Source: Candidatus Iainarchaeum sp. (GTDB lineage: Archaea > Iainarchaeota > Iainarchaeia > Iainarchaeales > 0-14-0-20-30-16). Taken from it: a stretch of 32,000 bases of DNA. The stretch spans positions 1-32,000 of the forward strand of contig JAQTTP010000001.1 of the NCBI GenBank assembly GCA_028710695.1, read 5' to 3'. Both the position numbers and the translations under genes were made by a program. Below, one piece after another: positions 1-7,877 of the stretch. Below the pieces are notes generated by a model. The model saw nothing but the letters and a program-made list of their open reading frames with translations, did no database searches and was not told the origin of the DNA. Each line of letters starts with the position of its first letter. The first letter of the stretch is position 1.

Positions 1-50
1 GCAGACATGGAAAATGACCCTTTATCTTTAGCCATACTTGGGTTCTGCAT
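1..50 (-). CDS. 5' end of an unidentified CDS that runs off the window start (partial)
   Basis: Minus-strand ATG at 48-50, with GGAGG (57-61, minus sense) 6 nt upstream. The frame stays open to position 1 (MQNPSMAKDKGSFSMS...). Only 16 codons are visible. Confidence 0.25.
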   Translation of the reverse strand, partial: MQNPSMAKDKGSFSMS

Positions 51-126
51 ACATATCCTCCTTTTTGAAAAAAGAACAGCTTTTACTTATTTCAGAATAA
101 TTATAATTTAGACTATTAGAAATTTT

Positions 127-252
127 TCAATATTGTTGATCTACTTTAGAAAAAAGTGCATTGGCTTTTGAATTTATAAAATTATAGTCCAAGTGCGTTA
201 TTAAAATTGCAAAGAGCGAAACGATTGCTAAAAAAATTATTAAAAATTCCAT
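127..252 (-). CDS. possible 41-aa small membrane protein
   Basis: Hand-translated ORF MEFLIIFLAIVSLFAILITHLDYNFINSKANALFSKVDQQY. It has one hydrophobic helix and starts 13 nt downstream of the stop of the 266-718 gene on the same strand. It falls below the ORF-track length cutoff and has no clear SD. Confidence 0.2.
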   Translation of the reverse strand: MEFLIIFLAIVSLFAILITHLDYNFINSKANALFSKVDQQY

Positions 253-265
253 TGTGATTTGGCCT

Positions 266-718
266 TTAAACGATAACTTGCCCACTATAAACCGCTCCTT
301 GGCTTATTAAAACTTTTTTGTCCTTGTTTTCAAGAGTGTTGAGAAAAACATATTGATAGTTTATGTAATCTACCAATCCAAGTGAAACTACTTCAATTAA
401 TAACTCTGTTTTGAAATTAGATGTATCAAACCCCTCAGATAAAAGAAATACTTGAAAGGCAGCATCATAAGCTAGTTTAAGGGCAGATCTATTTTGTGTT
501 ACAAGAAGCCCTTTTTCAATAGTTTTTTTGATAAAAAATGAAACATTATTTTCTAAGATTGTTTGGTCTGTTACCACATTAGAATATGTGATGTAATCTT
601 CAATTAGTTTTTGTTCTTTGTAAGAGTTATGAGAATATACAAAGAAAATTGTTAATAAAATTAAAAAAGCAAGAATTACAAAATACAATACAAAAAAACC
701 TTTATTCAAGATAATCAA
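266..718 (-). CDS. hypothetical membrane-anchored protein (one N-terminal TM helix)
   Basis: 150-aa ORF with hydrophobic N-terminus FFVLYFVILAFLILLTIFFVY. Its start overlaps the stop of the upstream gene by 17 nt, suggesting an operon. No recognisable family. Confidence 0.6.
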   Translation of the reverse strand: MIILNKGFFVLYFVILAFLILLTIFFVYSHNSYKEQKLIEDYITYSNVVTDQTILENNVSFFIKKTIEKGLLVTQNRSALKLAYDAAFQVFLLSEGFDTSNFKTELLIEVVSLGLVDYINYQYVFLNTLENKDKKVLISQGAVYSGQVIV

Positions 719-1517
719 AGCTTACATCATTAAATGAATACTTTTTTGTCCTTATTGTCAAATTCTTAGGAGAATATTCTGACCAGATATCTTTTTCATA
801 ACCTAAGTAATCGTTGTAATTTTCAGAATTAACTAAATCTATTATTAGAACTCTTTTCTTATACTTGGTTAATACAAATGCATGGCGCGAAAAGTCGCTT
901 AACTCAACAGAATAAACTTTTGTGTCACTTCCACCAAGAGCAATTAAAATTGAGCAAATTAAAATCGAAAGATCAAATGCATCTCCAGCTCTTGCTTCAA
1001 TTATATCTTTTGGAGCAAGCCAATATTTATTTGATAAATTTAGATCAGTAATTGTATAATTTTTTCGTAAATAATCATAAAGATTTTTTACTGCTTGAAG
1101 ATAATCATTTTCATAATCATAATTTTCAGGCATTATTTCTTGTTTTATACTTAAAACACTCAGATCATTTGGCAAAATAAGTTTCTTTAAATCTTCTAAA
1201 CCAAAGCTCTGTTCGTGCAGATATTTGTTAATTATTGCTTTAAGAAGTTTATTTTGAATCCCATAGTTTTTATTCTGATCTTCATTTTCTTTTAGTGCTT
1301 CTTTTAGGGTATTAAGTTCGTGCCGTAATTTTGCGGGGTTGTTCTGTTGTAAGAATTTAATTTTTTCTTTAAGGACAAGAATTTCTTTTTCGTATTTATC
1401 TTTTTTTGCAGAATTATTTGTTCTTTTTATTAGATCTTCTGTTTCTGTAATTTTCTTCCAAAGCCTCTGCTCTTGCTCGAAAAGAGGCAGATCACTGGAT
1501 AGTATTTTCTCAAGCAT
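702..1517 (-). CDS. coiled-coil protein with a degenerate transglutaminase-like core (Cys replaced by Ala)
   Basis: 271-aa ORF. The C-terminal segment GDAFDLSILICSILIALG...RHAFVL...IIDLV aligns by eye with the transglutaminase-core pattern GxCxdfA(x10)G...HAW...D, but has Ala at the nucleophile position. The N-terminus is charged and helical, with no signal peptide. Confidence 0.55.
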   Translation of the reverse strand: MLEKILSSDLPLFEQEQRLWKKITETEDLIKRTNNSAKKDKYEKEILVLKEKIKFLQQNNPAKLRHELNTLKEALKENEDQNKNYGIQNKLLKAIINKYLHEQSFGLEDLKKLILPNDLSVLSIKQEIMPENYDYENDYLQAVKNLYDYLRKNYTITDLNLSNKYWLAPKDIIEARAGDAFDLSILICSILIALGGSDTKVYSVELSDFSRHAFVLTKYKKRVLIIDLVNSENYNDYLGYEKDIWSEYSPKNLTIRTKKYSFNDVSFDYLE

Positions 1518-1578
1518 TATAGAATATTATGTAGAAAGATATATAAGTTTATATATAAAGTGTGCAAATTAAGATAAT

Positions 1579-2043
1579 ATGCGAATACTTATTACTGGAG
1601 TTCCAGGCACAGGAAAGACAACAATTGCAAAAGAACTTTCAAATGAATTAAAGATTCCTTTGTATGATATTAAGAAGTTTACAAAGGCAAAAGATGTTGA
1701 TATCGCAAGTTTGAAACGGAAAACAGAAAAAGAATTAAAGGGCAAAAAAGATTGGATTTTAGAAGGACATATTTTCTGCGAGTATAAAACAAATGCTAAT
1801 TTTGTGTTCTTGTTTGACACTAGTGAAACAAAGCTTAGAGAAATTTATAAAAAAAGAAAATACTTGCCAGTGAAAATAGAAGAAAACATTTTTTGTAAAA
1901 ACATTAATTATTTTGAAAAGAAACTTGGAAAATTCTACAAAAAAATATACACTCTAGAAACAGAAAAAGATATCAAAAAAAATATTTGTAAGATTAAAAA
2001 AATCTTACAAAAAGAATTGGTAGTAAATAAAAACAGCCAATAA
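1579..2043 (+). CDS. AK6/Fap7-family putative adenylate kinase / nucleoside-triphosphatase
   Basis: 154 aa. N-terminal P-loop MRILITGVPGTGKTT. Small size and the EGH motif are typical of archaeal COG1936-type kinases. Confidence 0.75.
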   Translation: MRILITGVPGTGKTTIAKELSNELKIPLYDIKKFTKAKDVDIASLKRKTEKELKGKKDWILEGHIFCEYKTNANFVFLFDTSETKLREIYKKRKYLPVKIEENIFCKNINYFEKKLGKFYKKIYTLETEKDIKKNICKIKKILQKELVVNKNSQ

Positions 2044-3207
2044 TATTAGTACTACAAAACCAACTATATACAAGGTATAATTGCTCGTTGATTCTGAGAA
2101 ATAAAATTCTGTACAGCTCAGTTCTTTTGTGTTTTCATTCAAATACATTTCTCCACAAACTTTTTTTGTGTCGAAGTTATCAAAAGAATACTCAAAATTC
2201 ATTTCTTTTACTTCTTTACTGCCCATTGCTATTTTGTTATTCATTATTTCCTTGTTATCAACTTTTACTAGCAAATTGAACTCTTTTATTTCTGAAGATT
2301 TATTATAACAGCCAACAGTAATATTTGCTTTTTCTTTTAAGCTATATTCTACCTTACTTGTGCCCATTTCACAGTCAATATCATCAAGATAATTCTTTGC
2401 ATTTACAATTATTGGATTAGATAATTCAACAAATTTATAATTATCATAAGTATATTCTGCTCTTGCAGGTGGAATCAAAAAATATTTATCTGTTTTTGAC
2501 TTAAAATAATAAGTAATATTTACTGGCTCATTTACTGCTGCAGAACCAACATAAGATACTACTCCACCAAGCATTTTTATTTCAGTATTAACATCAAAAT
2601 TGTTGTAAGCCAAAGTAATGGTTGCTGGAACATAACCCTCATTTTCTAGTGCTAAATCCACTTTTACTGTTTCATCAACTAAGAATAAAGTTTTTTCTAA
2701 AGATTTAGAGAAATTCCCTTTTCCAGAAAAATAAGGCATGATAAATGATCCTATTTTTGACCCTGGAAGCATTTCTAATTCATATACGGATCCAGAAACA
2801 TATCCACAGATTTTTAGTTGCAAGGAGTTTTGATCTCTATAATTTTCTAAAAATACAACTTTTCTTCCATTTTGGAAATCTTTAAATTCTAAGGTTTCTC
2901 TCATAAAATACCCTGAAATTGCCTTATACTTTACTAATTCATCATTAATATATAATTGTAAATAACTTTGGCTTTCTATCTCTGGAGTAAATTTAATATA
3001 TAGATCCAAAGCAAGAATTCCATCATTTGCCTTCAAAAAAGAGTATTTCTCCTGAGAAATATCAAAAGTACTGCACACATTATTAGATTCTAGGGTCGTT
3101 TTAAAAGAGTTAGAATCAGACAATGCATAAGATGGCCCAGTCAGTTCTGAGAACGACAAAGGCAATAAGCACAAAAATAATATTAAAAATAACACTTTAG
3201 TTCGCAT
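2005..3207 (-). CDS. secreted or surface protein with signal peptide and C-terminal TM anchor (hypothetical)
   Basis: 400 aa. N-terminal signal-like MRTKVLFLILFLCLLPLSFS and C-terminal helix YIVGFVVLILLAVFIYY. No recognisable catalytic motif. Confidence 0.7.
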   Translation of the reverse strand: MRTKVLFLILFLCLLPLSFSELTGPSYALSDSNSFKTTLESNNVCSTFDISQEKYSFLKANDGILALDLYIKFTPEIESQSYLQLYINDELVKYKAISGYFMRETLEFKDFQNGRKVVFLENYRDQNSLQLKICGYVSGSVYELEMLPGSKIGSFIMPYFSGKGNFSKSLEKTLFLVDETVKVDLALENEGYVPATITLAYNNFDVNTEIKMLGGVVSYVGSAAVNEPVNITYYFKSKTDKYFLIPPARAEYTYDNYKFVELSNPIIVNAKNYLDDIDCEMGTSKVEYSLKEKANITVGCYNKSSEIKEFNLLVKVDNKEIMNNKIAMGSKEVKEMNFEYSFDNFDTKKVCGEMYLNENTKELSCTEFYFSESTSNYTLYIVGFVVLILLAVFIYYQFFL

Positions 3208-3259
3208 AATATAAATACGGAAACAATGTTTTTATATCTTTTCACATAAATCATATACA

Positions 3260-3586
3260 ATGGCCTACAAAAAGTCGAAAAGATCTGATTTTCAAGAAGT
3301 TGCAAGGGAAAGGATAGATTATCTCTTAAAACAGATCAATACTACTAAAGATCCACTCTTTGCATCTAATTGTGCAAAACTTATCTCAAAACTATGCTTA
3401 AAGCACAATGTAAGGCTTGAGAAGGACGAAAAGGTTTTTTGTAAATCCTGTTTTTCATGCTTTTCTTTAGAAAAACCAAAAATAAGAATAAAAACAATTA
3501 AGAAAAATGGCCAAGAATATCTTCAGAAGAGAACAATCTGCGCAAGATGTTCAAAAACTACTACTAGAAACTATAAAAAAGAATAA
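3260..3586 (+). CDS. rnp4: RNase P protein component 4 (Rpp21/Rpr2 family)
   Basis: 108 aa, basic. The N-terminal helix region RERIDYLLKQ and a zinc ribbon (CKSC...CARC) give the typical archaeal Rpr2 layout. Confidence 0.75.
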   Translation: MAYKKSKRSDFQEVARERIDYLLKQINTTKDPLFASNCAKLISKLCLKHNVRLEKDEKVFCKSCFSCFSLEKPKIRIKTIKKNGQEYLQKRTICARCSKTTTRNYKKE

Positions 3587-3601
3587 AAAAGAAAAAAAGA
3601 G

Positions 3602-6600
3602 TTACTTGTTCTTAGGGAATAGTAAGAACAATGCAACCAATATCAATATTATTATTAATGGTGTCATAAACCCTGATGGCAAGAAGCTACTACTTGAACT
3701 TGCAGCATTTCCCGCAACAGGCATAATTGGCACTGTTGCTGCTTTTACTGTGCTTGTAGTTGTTGTTTGCCCACCGCCAAAGATCTTAGATAGAACAAAT
3801 AATAGTATTGCAAGTAAAGCAACAGGTATTCCCAGACCTAAACCTGCACCAGCAAATTTCTTAAAGCCGGAACCAAATCCATCTTCTGGCTTTTTATCGC
3901 TGCCGCCCTCTTTTTTTCCGTCATCTTTACCTTTATCTTTATCGTCCTTTTCTTTTTCTTCTGGTTGGCCTCTATCTTCTTCGCCAGGTTCTCTTGGAGG
4001 TCTTCCACCGCCATCTTCAAAGCCTTCTTCACCAGGACCTCTGCCGCCGCCGACATTGTTGTTATTATTGTTGTTAATTGGTGGCCAACCGCCTGGACCA
4101 CCAGGACCATATCCACCTGGGCCGTATCCCCCTGGGCCCCAACCGCCCTGTCCGCCGCCACCTGCGCCGTTTCTAATAATAAGTTCTCTTAGTTCGTTTA
4201 TTTGGGCTTGGATTGCGTCTGTATCTTCTCTTGTTGCACCATTACGAACCAAATCATCAAGATTGCCTTCCATTCTTGCCAATCTTTCATTTAGCTCTTC
4301 TCTAATTACATTTCTTAATATCTCTGCGATCGCGTGGTTATTAGCATCAAGCTTTCCATCAATTGCATCTAAACGCTCCGCAATAAGCCTAAATGCTTCT
4401 TCAATACCCTCGGTTCTCTCTGCTTCGCCTTCTAATAACTCTCTTAATTCTTCAACTATTTCTTTAATTTCTGCGTCAGTTTCTGTTCCTTTTGAGATTT
4501 TATCTAATACATCAAGGATTTCTTCTTTACCATCATCAATCTTTTTCTCTAAATCAGTCATTCTTTTGCCAAGGTCATCGTGCATTCCAGACAAAGTTGT
4601 AAGAATGTCTTCTCTATTTTGAACTGTCATTTCAGTCAAAGCATCTAACTTTTCTTCAAGTTTCTTTACAAACTTAGGATCAAGCTCAGCAATCTTTTCA
4701 ATTACTTTGTCCCCGGCTTCTTTTATCTTGTCTAAAAGCAGATCCACTCCAACATCCGCACCCTCTCTGATCTCTTGCATACACTCTTTTACTACTGCAT
4801 CAAAGTGCTCCAAGGATAAGAAGTGACCTTCTAACAAACCCAAGTTCTGAAGAACCTTTCTTGTATTTTCGTCAAGGCTCTTAACACTCTTGTTAATTTC
4901 AAATAAACGGGCATCAAAGATCTCACTCATTGCCTCTTTAAGTTCTATTTTTGCGGTCTCTGCATCTTCACGTACCATATCAAGTTTCTTAATTACTTCG
5001 TCGTGCCTTTCTTTTGATGCAGATCTTAATTCATCAACCAATTCATTCAAACCTTGTAGCTTTCCAGGAATTTCATCTATTCTGTTAACTCCGTCTTTTA
5101 TTGCTTCTGCTAAAGCTTTGTTTGTTTTTGCAACTTCCTCTAATTGGTCTCTTGTTAACTTTCCTTCGCTTTCTAATGTGGCAGTTACATTCTTTACAAA
5201 TCTGTCCACAATTTCGGACACCATGGTTATACCTCTTACTTGCCTCTCTGCTTGTGATTTATCCATGGCATCTACAAATTCTTTCAAAGATCCCAATGAC
5301 TGCTCTACTCTTGCAAGCCCTTGTTCCAAATCTTTTCCTTTTAATTTTGTAAGCTCAATAAGTTCTCTCTGTAATCTAACCATCTTTCCAGTTAGTACTC
5401 TGCTCTTATCTAAACTATCTCTTAACACAGAAATTCTGCTAGTTAATCTTTGTTCTATGGCCTCACGGTCTTCTTTTGACCAATTAGATCTTCTTCTGCT
5501 ACTGTCCTCATGCCGCCTTAACTGATCTTTTAAGCTCCTTGCAGTTTCATCTTCTATGAATTCTATTCCTGTTTTCTCTACTTCTTTTTCTGCTTCTTTT
5601 GGAGCAATTAGTTTAGGTTCTTCTTCTGGCTTTTTATCTTGTTTTTCTCTGGACCGTCTTGCTTCCGCCGCTTCAGGACTTTCAAGCAGTTTTCTTTCTG
5701 GTCTACCAAGCAATAATTTTCTGTCAGGCCTTTCTAATTGTGGTCCTCTTGTTGAAACTGTTCTTTTTTCTGCAGGCAACAAATTTGTTTGTAAACCTAG
5801 ATAATGCCTTATACGGCTTTCAAGATATTTAAATGCTGAATCTGGGCCTTCTTTTTCAAATAACTCTCTAAATCTGGTATCTTCGGACTTTAGAATTCTC
5901 TCTGCTTCTTTTGTTCCAAACTTGTCTACCAAATTTTCTAGTTTTTTAACTAAAATTAAATATCTTTCTTGCTGTTCACGATCCAAAACAACGTTCTTTG
6001 CTCTCATTTCTCTTACAAGTTCTAATCTTTCGCTTTCTAAAGATTGTTTAGGAGTAAGCTTTGCAACATACTTATTTATTTCATCAGATTGTTTTCTCAA
6101 TTCATTATAAAGATCTTTCACATATTTTACATCAAGCATCTTTGGCCTACCAAGTAACTGAAGCCTTCTAGTTGTGTCAGACATAAATTCCTCTATTTGC
6201 ATTCTAAGCTGGCCCAATGCTTGCCTTTTTTCGTCCATACTTCTTTTACTATTTCCAATTTCCATCATTGTTCTTCTTATTTTTGTAGGCATAAATTTTG
6301 ACATATTATCTAAAGATCTTGCATTTCTCTCTGGGTCTTTCATTAATTCAAAAAACTTTTCAAACATAAATTTTGGCGGCTCTTTGTCAAATTCTACTTT
6401 TAGATCATTCCACGCAGACAAGCTTCTTTTTTGAGATTCATCATATCTTTCTTCAACAACCCCGCGCATCCTTGCATCGATGGAATCCCTTAACCTATCC
6501 AATTCTATTGCTTGCTCTTTTGACATTTCCCTATTTCTCGTTTTCATTGTTAGATCTATTTTTCTAATCAATTCCGCAAGTAATCTGTTGCTTTCTATAC

Positions 6601-7147
6601 CTTTGCCCTTAGTTATAAATAAAAACTCTTGACCAATACTGGATATTGCGTCTCCTATTTTTTGTATTTGTTCTTTTTTTACTTTTGCTTGTTCTCCAGA
6701 TATTTTCTTACTTCTTTCTAAATCAGCTACACGCCTTGAACTTGTTAGCTCTTTAATCTTTGTAGCAGTTTCTTCTAAAACTCTTAATTGCTTTGCAAAT
6801 ACTTCCTTCTTGCCTTTTTTTGCTTTATTGTATTTTTTAGAAAGCTCTTTAAGTTTTTCAGCAACTTTTGCATACTCTTTGTTTAATTCAGAAACAGATA
6901 ATCTTTCTAGTTTTGAGTGGTATGTGTCTATACTTGTTCTGGCTTTAACTGCTTTTTTTATAATTCGTGGACTTACTCTTTCTATTCCTTTTCTAATCCC
7001 AAAACGGCCTTGAGCCTCAAGCCCTTTCTTGGCAAAGCCTTCTCTTTCTTTGCCCAATTCCTTTTTAGGTCTAACTACAGACCTTTGATCTGCAGCTCTT
7101 TTTTCTAAAGCAGCCCTTTCAGCAATAGTATTTCGTCTTACAGCCAT
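3602..7147 (-). CDS. giant coiled-coil protein with Gly/Pro/Asn low-complexity tail and C-terminal TM hairpin (hypothetical)
   Basis: The ORF track gives 3602-7156 from a GTG. An in-frame ATG at 7145-7147 (MAVRRN...) is the more likely start. About 1000 aa are heptad-like and rich in E/K/L/R. These are followed by GGWGPGGYGPGGYGPGGPGGW, then N7, an acidic/basic stretch, and two hydrophobic helices (GIPVALLAILLFVL and PLIIILILVALFLLF). No signal peptide. Confidence 0.85.
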   Translation of the reverse strand: MAVRRNTIAERAALEKRAADQRSVVRPKKELGKEREGFAKKGLEAQGRFGIRKGIERVSPRIIKKAVKARTSIDTYHSKLERLSVSELNKEYAKVAEKLKELSKKYNKAKKGKKEVFAKQLRVLEETATKIKELTSSRRVADLERSKKISGEQAKVKKEQIQKIGDAISSIGQEFLFITKGKGIESNRLLAELIRKIDLTMKTRNREMSKEQAIELDRLRDSIDARMRGVVEERYDESQKRSLSAWNDLKVEFDKEPPKFMFEKFFELMKDPERNARSLDNMSKFMPTKIRRTMMEIGNSKRSMDEKRQALGQLRMQIEEFMSDTTRRLQLLGRPKMLDVKYVKDLYNELRKQSDEINKYVAKLTPKQSLESERLELVREMRAKNVVLDREQQERYLILVKKLENLVDKFGTKEAERILKSEDTRFRELFEKEGPDSAFKYLESRIRHYLGLQTNLLPAEKRTVSTRGPQLERPDRKLLLGRPERKLLESPEAAEARRSREKQDKKPEEEPKLIAPKEAEKEVEKTGIEFIEDETARSLKDQLRRHEDSSRRRSNWSKEDREAIEQRLTSRISVLRDSLDKSRVLTGKMVRLQRELIELTKLKGKDLEQGLARVEQSLGSLKEFVDAMDKSQAERQVRGITMVSEIVDRFVKNVTATLESEGKLTRDQLEEVAKTNKALAEAIKDGVNRIDEIPGKLQGLNELVDELRSASKERHDEVIKKLDMVREDAETAKIELKEAMSEIFDARLFEINKSVKSLDENTRKVLQNLGLLEGHFLSLEHFDAVVKECMQEIREGADVGVDLLLDKIKEAGDKVIEKIAELDPKFVKKLEEKLDALTEMTVQNREDILTTLSGMHDDLGKRMTDLEKKIDDGKEEILDVLDKISKGTETDAEIKEIVEELRELLEGEAERTEGIEEAFRLIAERLDAIDGKLDANNHAIAEILRNVIREELNERLARMEGNLDDLVRNGATREDTDAIQAQINELRELIIRNGAGGGGQGGWGPGGYGPGGYGPGGPGGWPPINNNNNNNVGGGRGPGEEGFEDGGGRPPREPGEEDRGQPEEKEKDDKDKGKDDGKKEGGSDKKPEDGFGSGFKKFAGAGLGLGIPVALLAILLFVLSKIFGGGQTTTTSTVKAATVPIMPVAGNAASSSSSFLPSGFMTPLIIILILVALFLLFPKNK

Positions 7148-7195
7148 AACACACACCTTATATAAATATATATTTTGTTACCTTTTTATTCCTTT

Positions 7196-7807
7196 CTAAA
7201 AATGATCTTTACTTTCTGACTTAGATCCTGAAGATCCAAGTATAAATAAAATTCCTAAAATTACAATCGCAAATATCAAAAGTTCCCCATTGCCTTTGCT
7301 TGATAATACATCTTTAGTCACAAAAAACAAAAGAGCAAACATTGCAACAACAAAAAAGCCAAGCCTCATATTGCCGTTTGATAATAACTTGGTAAAAACA
7401 TTTGATTTGTGCCCGTGACCAAAAACAGATTCCCCTGCTCTGCGCTCTTCCCGCTCACTGCTGGATTCTTCACTTGTAGAAAATAGCTCTTTACCTTCTT
7501 CTTTCTCTCTTTTATTTCCTTTCTTTTCATTTTCCATTTTATTATAGCCAGATTCTTTCTTTTTAGATTTTTCTGAATCATCATGCTCTTCTGCTTGTTT
7601 ATTCGATTCTGTTTTTGATTTTAGCTTTTTAATAAGTGCAAAAAATTCGCTTTTTTCTAGGTCTCCGTTCTGATATGCTTTTTTTATGTCTCTTTCAATT
7701 ATTTTTGGTGGCTCTTTCTCTTTTTTCACTCTCTCTAAAAAACGAGCATATTTAGTTACTGGCCTTGGTGTTTCCGCCCTTGCTTTTCTACCAGACTCAA
7801 AAACCAT
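7196..7807 (-). CDS. hypothetical protein: cytoplasmic N-domain, charged linker, C-terminal TM hairpin
   Basis: 203 aa. It sits directly upstream of the giant gene on the same strand, 48 nt from the ATG at 7147. It has a K/E/S-rich linker and two C-terminal helices (FFVVAMFALLFFV and LLIFAIVILGILFIL). Confidence 0.7.
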   Translation of the reverse strand: MVFESGRKARAETPRPVTKYARFLERVKKEKEPPKIIERDIKKAYQNGDLEKSEFFALIKKLKSKTESNKQAEEHDDSEKSKKKESGYNKMENEKKGNKREKEEGKELFSTSEESSSEREERRAGESVFGHGHKSNVFTKLLSNGNMRLGFFVVAMFALLFFVTKDVLSSKGNGELLIFAIVILGILFILGSSGSKSESKDHF

Positions 7808-7877
7808 ACAAACTACCTAGAAAACATTTTTACTGCAATCAATTATAAATAAAAAGAGTATATTTATATATGTATCC

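Noticed and set aside
1569-1820. 83-aa minus-strand ORF and 77-aa plus-strand ORF (1339-1572) around the AK6-like gene start
   Set aside because: They are antisense to well-supported genes, compositionally biased (Phe/Ser/Leu), and have no motifs.
2005-2043. 39-nt convergent overlap of the 3' ends of the AK6-like gene and the 400-aa surface-protein gene
   Set aside because: Both stops are fixed by the sequence, so the overlap is real. It is most simply explained by tight packing in a compact genome, and nothing else marks the site.
3507-4622. 371-aa plus-strand ORF, Pro/Ser/Leu-rich, overlapping the 3' end of rnp4 and lying antisense to the giant gene
   Set aside because: It is a shadow ORF created by the low-complexity, GC-rich Gly/Pro/Glu codons of the minus-strand gene. 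Its sequence is pure low complexity with no start context. The minus-strand frame is continuous for more than 3.5 kb.
4890-7108. Series of 60-210-aa plus-strand ORFs (4890-5525, 5556-5804, 6174-6434 and others)
   Set aside because: All are antisense to the coiled-coil gene. Antisense of GAA/AAG-rich coding sequence gives TTC/CTT-rich (Phe/Leu/Ser) stop-poor frames. None has an independent signal.
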